From a virus (taxonomy: Duplodnaviria > Caudoviricetes): a stretch of DNA of 64,000 nucleotides. Position 1 is the first letter of the stretch. The number at the start of each line of letters is the position of its first letter. The notes beneath the pieces were generated by a model, which worked only from the letters and a program-made list of their open reading frames with translations, had not been told where the DNA came from and ran no database searches. Shown here one piece after another: positions 36,872 through 46,553 of the stretch. A program made the position numbers and the translations under genes. Where the stretch lies: IMG/VR virus record IMGVR_UViG_3300029288_005873, positions 96,001 through 160,000 of that record; one strand, given 5' to 3'.

Positions 36872-37965
36872 GGAATCTGTCCATTTTCTCCAAAAAGCAG
36901 AAATGCCCCATGTCCTTGGATCGAGAAACTACCACGAATATCCCTTTGTGAATCCCTCCTAGTGCCAGGAGGCGCATATGGAAGCACATGAAGTTCTGGA
37001 CATTCTATCTGATGATAGTGTACAATAGCTTTGGTTTCAGGCATATGTGCGAAAATCCAATGTAATAGCGGAGCATTCAAAGAAGATTTACCGGATGACT
37101 TCACAACCATGTCTTCATGCCATACCGCTGAGACAGTTTCCCACCCTCCACCAATTTCTGTTTTGCCACGACGCGTTGTAACAAATGAAAGCCCATGTCC
37201 CGGAATGCGACAAGCTACCGTTCCAAAAACAAGTCCGCTTGAACCAGCTGGCTGGAACTTATCGGAAAACTTGGCAATCATTTGTTCAGCATATGTAATA
37301 GCAGTATTAGTACCAGACAATACACTTCCAATCTCAGTGCGATAATATACATCATCAGTATATTTGATAATAAACTCTGAAAGTTCATCTGACCGTAGTG
37401 ACTGTACAACCATATCTTTTGTTACAGCATATTTTCTATCAAGATTCTTTGCATCATTTGCAAAGATTACAGTAGCGCGGCTGTCTAAAGCAACTTCGTA
37501 TGCTGCATTAATAAGTTCTGTATAGGGAGCACCAGATAGCAATTTAAATCCAAACAGCTTAGATTCCGGGAACTTGTTCCTTACATCGTTAATAATTCTA
37601 GGAGCCACCAGAAAAGGAATATCAACTTTATCACCAGGCTTATACTGATGCGATGGAAATTTACCTTTCCACGGACTAGCTGGAATAAGGTTGGCAACCG
37701 CTGCCCCTAGAACAAATGCATCCATTCCCAACTCGCCGGCTCTGAATATCTTTTCCCTATAGTCATTGAATCCATCATGTAACCATACAGTACAAAATTT
37801 TTGTTTTGGTGGTGTGTGTCGAGCTGTAAGATATATAACCTCATGACCTAGGCGAACTAGCTCTTCTGCTAATGCTTCCATACGACCGCCACGGAACTTA
37901 TTAGTGATAATCTTAACATCGTCTAAATGGGCATGAACAGGACCACCAGTAACCAAGAATTTCAT
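36862..37965 (-). CDS. CoaB/Dfp-like (phosphopantothenoylcysteine synthetase) domain fused to a class II aldolase-like domain
   Basis: LVTGGP..LDDVKIITN..GG, AAVAN, GFKL, FAND; C-terminal GTVACR..FVTTRRG..SSLNAPLLH..AIVHYH..GHG. Confidence 0.75.
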   Translation of the reverse strand: MKFLVTGGPVHAHLDDVKIITNKFRGGRMEALAEELVRLGHEVIYLTARHTPPKQKFCTVWLHDGFNDYREKIFRAGELGMDAFVLGAAVANLIPASPWKGKFPSHQYKPGDKVDIPFLVAPRIINDVRNKFPESKLFGFKLLSGAPYTELINAAYEVALDSRATVIFANDAKNLDRKYAVTKDMVVQSLRSDELSEFIIKYTDDVYYRTEIGSVLSGTNTAITYAEQMIAKFSDKFQPAGSSGLVFGTVACRIPGHGLSFVTTRRGKTEIGGGWETVSAVWHEDMVVKSSGKSSLNAPLLHWIFAHMPETKAIVHYHQIECPELHVLPYAPPGTRRDSQRDIRGSFSIQGHGAFLLFGENGQIPWK

Positions 37966-38738
37966 GGTTCCTCCTGAACTCCAATGACTTGATGTAACCT
38001 TCTGCGTACCTCATCAATATTGGTTCCATCATATCTAACTGTTTGAGGATGAGATTCACCATCGTTCCATGGATGCGCTGGAACAATTACAAGACCTCGT
38101 GGTCTATGTTCTAACCACGCTAGATAATATTCAGGCCAATCATCTACAAGAGTCTTACCATACATGAGACTTTTGTCTTCTGTTATAATAACGGGCATTT
38201 CAGGTAGATGGATTCGACACCACTCTACCTTTTCAGCCCAGCCGGCCGGCTCCTGGCGAGGACCTTTTGTTAGAACATGACACTTAAATCCCAAGGATTT
38301 TAGTTCCTTAATAATTTCAAACCCAGGCGGATACGTTGGAAGTGAACGCCAAAAACCCGGCTGACTTCTAATCAGTTTGCGACGCGCCCTAATGTATGGA
38401 GAGTCAATATATCGTCCATCCAACCCTAATACTGGAGGTTCACTTGGTGATGCAATCCGTTCTAACTCATGAAGCATGGCTCCATCAAAATCAGCAACGG
38501 TTCCATCCATGTCTACCAAAGCAACCAATTCTTGTTTTTTCTGTTCTGTCTGGTCGCTTTGGTATTCCCACAAACCATCTCCAATATCAGTTTGCCTGTA
38601 ACCCATGGCAATTAGTGTAGGAATACATCCTTCATCGCTCTTACCTGACTCAGTAATACGCCAAAGTCTATGCGCTCCATAGTCTACTGGTTCAATATGA
38701 CCTACAGAATATGGGTTGTATTTCTCAGAATATCCCAT
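37962..38738 (-). CDS. 5'(3')-deoxyribonucleotidase (NT5C-like HAD)
   Basis: VDMDGTVADF, FW..LP..PG, EKVEW, DKS..G..LVDD. Confidence 0.88.
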   Translation of the reverse strand: MGYSEKYNPYSVGHIEPVDYGAHRLWRITESGKSDEGCIPTLIAMGYRQTDIGDGLWEYQSDQTEQKKQELVALVDMDGTVADFDGAMLHELERIASPSEPPVLGLDGRYIDSPYIRARRKLIRSQPGFWRSLPTYPPGFEIIKELKSLGFKCHVLTKGPRQEPAGWAEKVEWCRIHLPEMPVIITEDKSLMYGKTLVDDWPEYYLAWLEHRPRGLVIVPAHPWNDGESHPQTVRYDGTNIDEVRRRLHQVIGVQEEP

Positions 38739-38743
38739 AGAAA

Positions 38744-39079
38744 TTACCTTTTGCCAGCAATCAATTCCTTAGCAAGGTCGATGCCAGGTTTGTATGGATT
38801 TCCATCCAACCACCGGTTAAAGCACTCTGCGGCGACCTCGAATGACTTTTCGACTCCGCGCATGCGTACAATTTGACCCATGGCAAAACTCATATCCTCG
38901 CCTTCCTTAATGGAACCACCTGAACGTTCAACTGCTTTACCAATCCATTCCCCAGCTTGGAAAAGAGGTAGAAGCCAACGCGGACAATTGTGTTCTTCAG
39001 CGAGCTTTAGGATCTTTTCCGACTCGGCATTAACTTCCCTCTCCACATCCTCGGCAGTGACATGATCTTTGTTTTCCAT
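38744..39079 (-). CDS. Hypothetical protein
   Basis: GGAGGG RBS, 111 aa. Confidence 0.55.
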   Translation of the reverse strand: MENKDHVTAEDVEREVNAESEKILKLAEEHNCPRWLLPLFQAGEWIGKAVERSGGSIKEGEDMSFAMGQIVRMRGVEKSFEVAAECFNRWLDGNPYKPGIDLAKELIAGKR

Positions 39080-39087
39080 TTTCCCTC

Positions 39088-39675
39088 CTAGGCGCTATTA
39101 CGTAAGAAGTCAACCATTTCGCGCAAAGCTTTACCGCGATGACTGATTCGGTTTTTGTCCTCTGCCGATGCCTCGGCTAACGTACAACCAAGTTCATCTG
39201 TATAGAAAACTGGATCGAAACCGAATCCATTTGATCCACGCGGTGCGTTAATTATCAGTCCTTCACATGTCCCTTGGAACAGTTTAGGTCTGATATCAAG
39301 AGGTTCCATGAATGCTACAACGCAACGAAAACGCGCCGTTCTTTCGCAGAGAGGAACGCCCGCAAGGTTCTTCAACAAAAGATCAATACCACTTAATCTA
39401 CATCCACCATAGCGAGCAGAATATACACCAGGATCTCCACCTAGTGCGTCAACTTCCAAACCGCTATCGTCAGCAAACGCAGGTAAGCCGCTCCATTCCA
39501 TGGCAGCACGTGCTTTCAAAGTAGCGTTTTCGGAGAAGGTTAAACCCGTCTCCTCAATTTCTGGTATCCCAGATAGGTCATCCAGACACATAAGTTCTAC
39601 GTCTGGTAGATCTACAATCTGGCGCATCTCACGAAGTTTTCCATGATTCCTTGTGGCAAATACCAGCTTTCTCAT
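39088..39675 (-). CDS. rdgB: Non-canonical purine NTP pyrophosphatase (RdgB/HAM1)
   Basis: ATRNHGKLRE, EETGLTFSENA..KA, ADDSGL, PGVYSARY, GFGFDPVF, KNRISHRGKA. Confidence 0.95.
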   Translation of the reverse strand: MRKLVFATRNHGKLREMRQIVDLPDVELMCLDDLSGIPEIEETGLTFSENATLKARAAMEWSGLPAFADDSGLEVDALGGDPGVYSARYGGCRLSGIDLLLKNLAGVPLCERTARFRCVVAFMEPLDIRPKLFQGTCEGLIINAPRGSNGFGFDPVFYTDELGCTLAEASAEDKNRISHRGKALREMVDFLRNSA

Positions 39676-39676
39676 A

Positions 39677-40009
39677 TTACCCTTTCTGTCTTGATAGTTC
39701 TGCAATCTGCTGCTCACGGTCAATCAATGCTTTAAGAACTACCTTATGTATACTTTTAGTTTCTGGTGTTTCATAGCCACGATATTGGATATATCCGCAA
39801 ATCTTATCGAGAACATATCCTTGTGTATAGCATTCATCCTCTAAAGCATTTAGCATTTTGCGTAACTCGGCATCAGATCGTGCCGCAAGTGTAGATTGTA
39901 ATTTGAGAACTTGTTTGATCAGCTGCTCATTTGTGAGTTCCTTTAACTCAAGTTCAACGTATCCGTATTCCATTGTCCTCACGATTTGTGTAGTTGTAGT
40001 CCGATACAA
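39677..40009 (-). CDS. Hypothetical coiled-coil protein
   Basis: ORF track; likely start MEYGY. Confidence 0.5.
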   Translation of the reverse strand: MYRTTTTQIVRTMEYGYVELELKELTNEQLIKQVLKLQSTLAARSDAELRKMLNALEDECYTQGYVLDKICGYIQYRGYETPETKSIHKVVLKALIDREQQIAELSRQKG

Positions 40010-40878
40010 ATATTCTGGATTTCCACAAGCGCCTTCCTGTATCGATCGGGCTCAACATATGCTCCATCCAAAGTTCCAAAGTGATGCTCTAATGCTTGGA
40101 GCAGAATCTTTTTGATTTTCGTTTCGTCCGGAGAATATGGAAGTTTCGATTCCTCATAGGCCTTATTGAGAGCAGACTCTTTCTGTTGGAAAAATTCTAT
40201 CACCCTCTGTTCTGTCCACTCACCACGACGAATGGCTTTCAAAGTCTCGCTATTGCTCTCGATGTTTAGATCTCCAGTTGTTAGGATCTGCTCAACCTCG
40301 TAGATTAACCTAACCACATGATAAGCAAATTTAACGTCGAAACCATATTTATCTACATACTCAGCGCGTTTGCTCCCCACGTCTGGCGTCTTAATCGACA
40401 TTTTGTGAAGTTGTGAGTATGCATAGCCGCGGAATTTGTGCCAACATCCCCTATGGAGAAACAATTTTCGGTTCTCACGAACAATATTTCCAACCGCACT
40501 ACAGTGTATAACACACCTCTCTGGAACGAACAATGCGTCTACCATGTTTGGATTATTTTCCATACATAACTGGAAGTACTTAATAATATTATAGATTTGT
40601 AAGTCGTACTCTTTTCCAGCTTCATGGTCATTAATATGATGCTCTTGCCATTGTTCGAACCGTTTTATCTGTCGACCAAATCCAGCAATCTCACCAGTTA
40701 GATGTGGGAAAATCATTTCTTTTGGTGGAATACAGAACCCATAGACATCGCAATCGCTGTCATCTCCAGCCACACCATAAGCAACACTGCCCATTGTACA
40801 CAAATAATGTGTTGTACTAGGAAGCCATGGAGGAGGGTGAATCAGACGCAATGTGTTTAACCTATTCAATAACATCAA
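39979..40878 (-). CDS. Pol-beta-superfamily nucleotidyltransferase (YcgL/RlaP-like)
   Basis: GSVAYG..DSDCDVYG, NPN, GYAYSQ, KFAYHVVRL, LKAIRRG. Confidence 0.85.
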   Translation of the reverse strand: MMLLNRLNTLRLIHPPPWLPSTTHYLCTMGSVAYGVAGDDSDCDVYGFCIPPKEMIFPHLTGEIAGFGRQIKRFEQWQEHHINDHEAGKEYDLQIYNIIKYFQLCMENNPNMVDALFVPERCVIHCSAVGNIVRENRKLFLHRGCWHKFRGYAYSQLHKMSIKTPDVGSKRAEYVDKYGFDVKFAYHVVRLIYEVEQILTTGDLNIESNSETLKAIRRGEWTEQRVIEFFQQKESALNKAYEESKLPYSPDETKIKKILLQALEHHFGTLDGAYVEPDRYRKALVEIQNICIGLQLHKS

Positions 40879-40887
40879 ATTTTTCCT

Positions 40888-41097
40888 TTACGCAGATCCA
40901 AATCTAAATGAAATGAAGTGATCTGACCATTCTTCGCCTACAAAAAAGCCCAATTCGTCCAGTTTTTTCTTGTCCTCTTCCGACACTTTCTCTGGATAAA
41001 TTCCGCAGATGTGGAGCACATCATGTTCACAATGCGTGGGATATTCAGGATTACCATACTTCAAAAAAATCTGAAGTGCTTCAATAAGCTTGTCCAT
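40888..41097 (-). CDS. Conserved-looking small phage protein
   Basis: MDKLIEALQIFLKYGNP..PTHCEHD..FGSA. Confidence 0.55.
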   Translation of the reverse strand: MDKLIEALQIFLKYGNPEYPTHCEHDVLHICGIYPEKVSEEDKKKLDELGFFVGEEWSDHFISFRFGSA

Positions 41098-41609
41098 TAG
41101 CTCAACCCTTTCCCACAGTCGGCATGTCCCGACCACTCCAGGCATCGATGTCCAGGTCCAGCTACCTCAACGTGGTATCGACATTTACCTTCTATAAAGT
41201 TTCCGCACCGATCGCAATTCAGAAACGTCAAAGGTTCCACCAATTCGATTTCATCTTCGCGAACAATGGTGGCTGTACATGTACGGTCAAATGCTACTGT
41301 CGGGACAGTATCTCGCTCGATTATTTCACCCGTTTCGGGATCAGTAATTTCTTCAGGATAATCGGTCTCAACCACCGTACCCAACTCACCAACTTCAGCA
41401 TGGACATAGTTGTGATAAAACTCACCAGTCTCATTATTGTGGAAAGTTTTCAGAGATCTATCTGGAGTGTCGCCACCGCCTTCGGTTATTACCTTGCAAG
41501 CTCGTACACGTACACCACGAATATATGGAAACTTCATTGCGACCTCCTTATTGGTGAACTCAAACATTATTGAACTATCTTTTCCACTTGAGGTTTGACG
41601 CCATCGCAA
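41097..41609 (-). CDS. Hypothetical protein (SH3-like + Cys-rich tail)
   Basis: ORF track; start probably 41567. Confidence 0.5.
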   Translation of the reverse strand: MRWRQTSSGKDSSIMFEFTNKEVAMKFPYIRGVRVRACKVITEGGGDTPDRSLKTFHNNETGEFYHNYVHAEVGELGTVVETDYPEEITDPETGEIIERDTVPTVAFDRTCTATIVREDEIELVEPLTFLNCDRCGNFIEGKCRYHVEVAGPGHRCLEWSGHADCGKGLS

Positions 41610-41860
41610 TCAAATTTTACCACCGTAACGCCCCCCTCACCGCTTCTGAAAACGACAAAGCATAAATTGCGTTTAGCATCGGCAACCACCCATACGTGTA
41701 GTCGTGGACTGGAAAATATTGGATCTGACACATCACTATATTCCACAATGCGCATAGACGTCGTCGCTATAGGGGGAACGGACGGAGTTGATAGATTGCT
41801 ACTATTTCCATTACATCCAAGAACAAAAACGACTAGCAAACAGAGCAAAAATTTCATCAC
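41567..41860 (-). CDS. Lipoprotein
   Basis: MKFLLCLLVVFVLGC lipobox. Confidence 0.65.
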   Translation of the reverse strand: MMKFLLCLLVVFVLGCNGNSSNLSTPSVPPIATTSMRIVEYSDVSDPIFSSPRLHVWVVADAKRNLCFVVFRSGEGGVTVVKFDCDGVKPQVEKIVQ

Positions 41861-42381
41861 TCCCTCCCAATCTGATCAAGCAGACCTCTTAGTTTCCCTT
41901 GTTTTTCCAATAGGGTCATGGCAGATTTTACCGTATCTGATAGAGTTACATACCTATCCACTCCATGAATACGTCCATAGTAATCCAATGAATCCATTTT
42001 CCATGCGTCCTCAGGAGCTCCAAACACCACCTTGCGCGGATCTCGGCAAATCCACATACCAAACTCGAGGTTTGTCGTTAGCCCAGGCAACTTATCTTCA
42101 GAACGCGGAATCCAGAACAAGATAACGCTGGCTTGAGCCAAATAACACCGTTCCCAGTCCATTTGCGCTTTGCCGTTCCAATTCCAGGCGTCCAATCCAG
42201 CTGCTGGCTCTGGAACGAAAATCCATCCCTTGTGTCCCATGGATTCGAACAATCTGATCGCCTCTTGTCGCCAACTTAGCACGCTTGAGTCTCTTGGAGT
42301 TGGTCCGGCTAAGAATACTGACGGCCAAAGAGTATCATGTGTCATCGGAGTACGATAGTCGATCGAGTAGAGAACTTTCAT
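41857..42381 (-). CDS. Nucleoside 2-deoxyribosyltransferase-like protein
   Basis: VFLAGPTPR..SWRQEA, QMDWE, ILFWIPR, TTNLEFG. Confidence 0.85.
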   Translation of the reverse strand: MKVLYSIDYRTPMTHDTLWPSVFLAGPTPRDSSVLSWRQEAIRLFESMGHKGWIFVPEPAAGLDAWNWNGKAQMDWERCYLAQASVILFWIPRSEDKLPGLTTNLEFGMWICRDPRKVVFGAPEDAWKMDSLDYYGRIHGVDRYVTLSDTVKSAMTLLEKQGKLRGLLDQIGRE

Positions 42382-42612
42382 ATTACACCCTTTGGTTTTT
42401 CGGTCTCGTAGAATTTGGCACACTGTTTACATGCTGTGACATTTCGTTTAGCAAAATATCCTCTCCCCAGGAGGATACCAGGAGGCCGTTTTCTTCCACC
42501 AAGAATCCTGCTTCCATCCGTGTAGTTTCAGGATCATGCCAACCATAGTCAATCTTGGAGATTTACTATGCCTTACTGCCATTACAACTTTATGTAGGAA
42601 TTTATTCATCAT
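42378..42612 (-). pseudogene. Small gene interrupted by a +1 frameshift
   Basis: ATGA overlaps at both ends; span 235 nt = 3n+1; frame 1 stops at 42448, the +1 frame reads FAKRNVTACKQCAKF.. to TGA at 42378. Confidence 0.5.
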
Positions 42613-44294
42613 TTCCTCGTGGACAGTTTATACAACTTGCTGCCTTGGGCAAACAACACATTTGTGCCGCATCGGCAAAGCATTCTTCCGCTTGGTACGG
42701 CAGGATCATCTATTATCTTTGTTTGGGATCCACCAGGCTTATTCTGGAATAGTTCAAGTCGCTCCTCTTCATCAATATGGGCGCAAATTCCAGATTCAAG
42801 TACGGTGAAGTTAAGACCTGTGTAGGACGCAATGTCCTTTGCCTCGCGAACAACATAGCTTGAGAAATCCGTTTGTAGGACAAACACCCACCTGCGATAG
42901 GATCCCTTTTTTGTTCCAACGGTCATAAGAATGCCATTGTCATATTTGGCATCAACCAGTTTCCATCCATCAAGTTCTTTTAGATGGAACTGGTAGCTTC
43001 TCCCCGGCAATGGAAATACCGAAGCATACCATGCCCCAAGCATATCTTGGACAACCACTCCGTCCAATACCATAGTGGCACTAGGCATCACATTTGCCAC
43101 TGGTTTCGCTGAAGCTTTGGAGGATCCATCCGGCATTCCAAGAAAAGAGATTTCGTATACATGGTCGCCAGATTTGAAATAGATCCTTCCATCATGAGCC
43201 ATCATTGATTCGGCTTTCATATGTAGATCTATTGATTTGTTTAGCTGTAGATCTCGCAGTTCAACCTTTCCTCCAGTAACCTCTGCAACAATCACTTGCT
43301 GTCTGGGACCCAAGCCGACGTGTGCCGAAGGCTTGATCCCCTTAAATAGTGTCCTATCCATTTGTAAACCATCAGCAGTGAACGCTAATCTGTGAGGACC
43401 AAGAGCTAGGAAACGAATAACATCTCGTTCAAACGACAAAAATTCAGCTATAGAGATCTGTCCAGATCCAGCTAGAATCTGCGTCTTTGGTGCTATGGCT
43501 GCAGAAATCCCAACGGCATCAGGGGGCAGGATTCTTTTCCCATCCTCAAGAACCGCTTTGTACCAAGCGCGAAGGCGATCGGGTATAGAATCCAATGGTG
43601 GACACATCTTTGGAATTGTGACCCCGTTGTTGAACACCGAAAGCCCCGCCCTCATACGCTCAACCATTCCTTTTACATTAGGATGAGTCCCCTTATATGG
43701 ATGTATTCCCATCCATAGCTGGAAAGTAACGACAGCAAATGAAAACCAGTCTGTCAGATCTGAGAAAGACTTAGCGTTCCAATCGCGGACGCTGTCCATG
43801 ATTGCTGTTGCTGGAAAACTCGGAGTCTGCCAGCTATCTACATCAATCCATGATACTTTCCTGAAAGACTTATCCGCTAGGAGGTTCATCTCATTCAGAT
43901 CTACAACCAGAATGTCTTTCTCATGAACATGAACAAGAACTTCTTGCATATTCCGAACCATGTCGGTAATCATGTCGATCGAAACACCATTGCGTTGTTT
44001 GAATGCTAGCGTAAAAACTTGACATAGTGCCGTAGCATTATCTACAAATCGCATCGAACATCCAACTGGTACTCCGCGCTCATCGAGCAGCACATCTTCT
44101 GGTCGCATTACCTCGGGACGCGAAATCTTAGCAAGCTCCTCGACTTTAGCTAAGGGAATCATATGAAGCCGATCGGTATAGATCTTGTATGAGATGCCAT
44201 CCTTAACATATACAGAAGCCTCACCACCTTGTGCTAGAAAATGACGTTTAGACAGCTCAACTGTTGTACCTTTGTTTTTGAGCCTGACTTTCAT
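42609..44294 (-). CDS. Ser/Thr protein kinase (TerY-P-associated type) with beta-rich C-terminal domain
   Basis: AQGGEASVY, YKIY, VVDLNEMN, IDVDSW, DWFSFAV..FQL..GIHPY. Confidence 0.85.
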   Translation of the reverse strand: MKVRLKNKGTTVELSKRHFLAQGGEASVYVKDGISYKIYTDRLHMIPLAKVEELAKISRPEVMRPEDVLLDERGVPVGCSMRFVDNATALCQVFTLAFKQRNGVSIDMITDMVRNMQEVLVHVHEKDILVVDLNEMNLLADKSFRKVSWIDVDSWQTPSFPATAIMDSVRDWNAKSFSDLTDWFSFAVVTFQLWMGIHPYKGTHPNVKGMVERMRAGLSVFNNGVTIPKMCPPLDSIPDRLRAWYKAVLEDGKRILPPDAVGISAAIAPKTQILAGSGQISIAEFLSFERDVIRFLALGPHRLAFTADGLQMDRTLFKGIKPSAHVGLGPRQQVIVAEVTGGKVELRDLQLNKSIDLHMKAESMMAHDGRIYFKSGDHVYEISFLGMPDGSSKASAKPVANVMPSATMVLDGVVVQDMLGAWYASVFPLPGRSYQFHLKELDGWKLVDAKYDNGILMTVGTKKGSYRRWVFVLQTDFSSYVVREAKDIASYTGLNFTVLESGICAHIDEEERLELFQNKPGGSQTKIIDDPAVPSGRMLCRCGTNVLFAQGSKLYKLSTRK

Positions 44295-44617
44295 TTCTCT
44301 TCCTTAAACACAAGCTCAAGTCTTGGTTTTGTAAAGAAAGGACACCACTTCGGCGGCATTTTACGCAAAAGTATATGACGACCTTTAACAGCTGGATGAT
44401 TACAGTCAAAGCATCCATCATGGGCAAAGAGCAAAGGACAATTTTTACATGATGAAATTGTTTCTTTATATGTTTTTTTACTCAACTTGGCAACCTTAGC
44501 AGCTCTAGATCTCTTTTCCTCGTCTTTACCCTCCTGCTTCAATGCTTCATCGCGCCTTCGCACAGAGCATATCATACAGAAGTTTGGATCGGTACAATGT
44601 TCACATTCTCCAAACAT
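44291..44617 (-). CDS. Cys-rich hypothetical protein
   Basis: CEHC..CMIC; CKNCP..C..PKWCP. Confidence 0.55.
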   Translation of the reverse strand: MFGECEHCTDPNFCMICSVRRRDEALKQEGKDEEKRSRAAKVAKLSKKTYKETISSCKNCPLLFAHDGCFDCNHPAVKGRHILLRKMPPKWCPFFTKPRLELVFKEEK

Positions 44618-44620
44618 AGT

Positions 44621-45052
44621 TCACCCCAAGTCAGAAATCTTGTATGTGTCAATTCCAAATACTGAGAAAAACTCAAGATTTGACAGATGACACCATGTAA
44701 AATAACCGTCCTCCAACCACATAACTGCTACCGTATTTTCCTTTGGACGGCATGGAAGCTTTTCACCCTCTAGCCACCCAACAGCATGTCTGCGCAATTC
44801 TTCTGAGCTGCGGACAATATCACCAGTGCGGCACGCCCTACCTAATGCGGCAAATAATCCAAAGCGTCGCCATCGACTCCATGAGAAACTATCCCTCGGA
44901 AGTCTTGGAAGGTCCATGTAGATCTTCCCATTTATTATTGTAGTCAACAACACAGTCGATACAGTTTCCTTTACAAATTGGATCGTTATAAGTATCATGC
45001 GCATTAAACCACTCCAGTCTAGCCCTGCGCATAGATTCATCCATAGAACCAA
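44621..45052 (-). CDS. Hypothetical protein (true start probably MDLPRLP near 44917)
   Basis: ORF track. Confidence 0.45.
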   Translation of the reverse strand: MVLWMNLCAGLDWSGLMRMILITIQFVKETVSTVLLTTIINGKIYMDLPRLPRDSFSWSRWRRFGLFAALGRACRTGDIVRSSEELRRHAVGWLEGEKLPCRPKENTVAVMWLEDGYFTWCHLSNLEFFSVFGIDTYKISDLG

Positions 45053-45875
45053 TAGGTTTGCCCTGCTCTCGCAGGTATATGATACAAGGAAAATGAAAAC
45101 TTCCAGCTACAGCTACATCGTCCAAAGCAATAGGACACCGTCTAGAGTCTTCTGATCCTATTCCCCTTATGTTTCTTCCAGATAACATATTTCCTATCCT
45201 ATACTTTAGAATAGGATATTTGTCCATAATATTTTGTGGTAGTTTAACCAGGCTTCCAACTGCCTTGTTCCATTGCGCCGAAGGAATGACCCTTATATCA
45301 TCGGGTCCAAGGCTGTCAATAAATAGAACAGTCTCCATTGCTGTTCCGGCATTAGCTTCTGTGAATACTGTTCCCACACTTACATAGGTAAGTTTTGCCA
45401 ATTCTTTTATTGTCTTGGCAGCTTTCTTCCAGGCACCAGGAACACCAGACATCACGTCTCCGACAGAGCAACAGCCAGCATCAAGAGATATAGAGAAGTC
45501 ATTCACCCCTAGTTTTATAAGCTTCATGTACCTACTAATCGACATGGTTCCATTTGTTGAGATAGCCACATGCTCCGCTCCGAAGTCCTTGGCAATCTTT
45601 ACAAACTCGCCAATGTTCGGGTGGAGCATCGGCTCTCCGCCGCTAAACCTGACGTTTCTCATACCCTCGTTAGCCCATATGGCAAGAGTTTTTTCTGCCG
45701 ACTTCAGATCCATGTCTTTATCAAATCCGTTCGGCAAGCCTCGACAATACGGACACCTAAGATTACAGCGCCCTGTGATAACCATTTCGCATCGATAAAG
45801 AGGAGATTTCCACGATGCCTTCATTACACGGCTATCTGATAGTGTATAGAATCCAATGGATTCAAGCGGTTTCAT
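44889..45875 (-). CDS. Radical SAM protein
   Basis: CNLRCPYC, FSGGEP, ISTNG, ISLDA; C-terminal Cys cluster (CKGNCIDC). Confidence 0.9.
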   Translation of the reverse strand: MKPLESIGFYTLSDSRVMKASWKSPLYRCEMVITGRCNLRCPYCRGLPNGFDKDMDLKSAEKTLAIWANEGMRNVRFSGGEPMLHPNIGEFVKIAKDFGAEHVAISTNGTMSISRYMKLIKLGVNDFSISLDAGCCSVGDVMSGVPGAWKKAAKTIKELAKLTYVSVGTVFTEANAGTAMETVLFIDSLGPDDIRVIPSAQWNKAVGSLVKLPQNIMDKYPILKYRIGNMLSGRNIRGIGSEDSRRCPIALDDVAVAGSFHFPCIIYLREQGKPIGSMDESMRRARLEWFNAHDTYNDPICKGNCIDCVVDYNNKWEDLHGPSKTSEG

Positions 45876-46551
45876 CCTTGCCCTCCAGTGGCAAAAGCTC
45901 AAACTGATCTGGGATAATCTTAATTTTATCAGGATAAAAAATCAGATTTTGGGCAAAGCAGTTAGGACATTCGCCGGCATAATATCCGCCAAGAACTCCT
46001 GGGAGTTTACCCAGCTGGTCTTCTCTTCCTTCCCACCCACACTCGGTACAATGGAATTTCTGAAACCACTTCCATAAGGGCGAATGACCAGTAATCTCTT
46101 CCGGGATCTCAGCCTTTACTCCCTCTAGACGAGCTGCGAGTTTTGAACGAACAGCATCCCAAAACTCTAAACAACATCCAAGGGTAGCGTATCCATTGAT
46201 TGTGATACATCTATGAGCAAGATCTACCCCAGTCATGGTCAGTGGTTTTTCAAAATTCAATTCCCCTTTGCGATGATATCTTCCACTTCTTTTGTGCTTG
46301 GCGTAGCCAGCAGATTTTCCAGAGTAGTCGCATCGGTGAATGGATATGTATTTGAATACAAGTCTGCCTTTTGTTTCTGCTTCCCGCACAACCTCGGCTA
46401 TAAATCGTGCTTCAGAGGCATTGTTAACAACCGTCTCCAACGACTTGGCTTCCTTTGCCTCATTCACCTCAGCCTGTACTTCAGGTCTTACTTTTCCATC
46501 CAGTTGGATAAGTTCGTCTGCCGTAAGCTTTACGGAATAATATTCCTTCAT
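45862..46551 (-). CDS. Hypothetical protein with C-terminal zinc ribbon
   Basis: CTECGWEG...CPNC. Confidence 0.55.
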   Translation of the reverse strand: MKEYYSVKLTADELIQLDGKVRPEVQAEVNEAKEAKSLETVVNNASEARFIAEVVREAETKGRLVFKYISIHRCDYSGKSAGYAKHKRSGRYHRKGELNFEKPLTMTGVDLAHRCITINGYATLGCCLEFWDAVRSKLAARLEGVKAEIPEEITGHSPLWKWFQKFHCTECGWEGREDQLGKLPGVLGGYYAGECPNCFAQNLIFYPDKIKIIPDQFELLPLEGKDETA

Positions 46552-46553
46552 TT

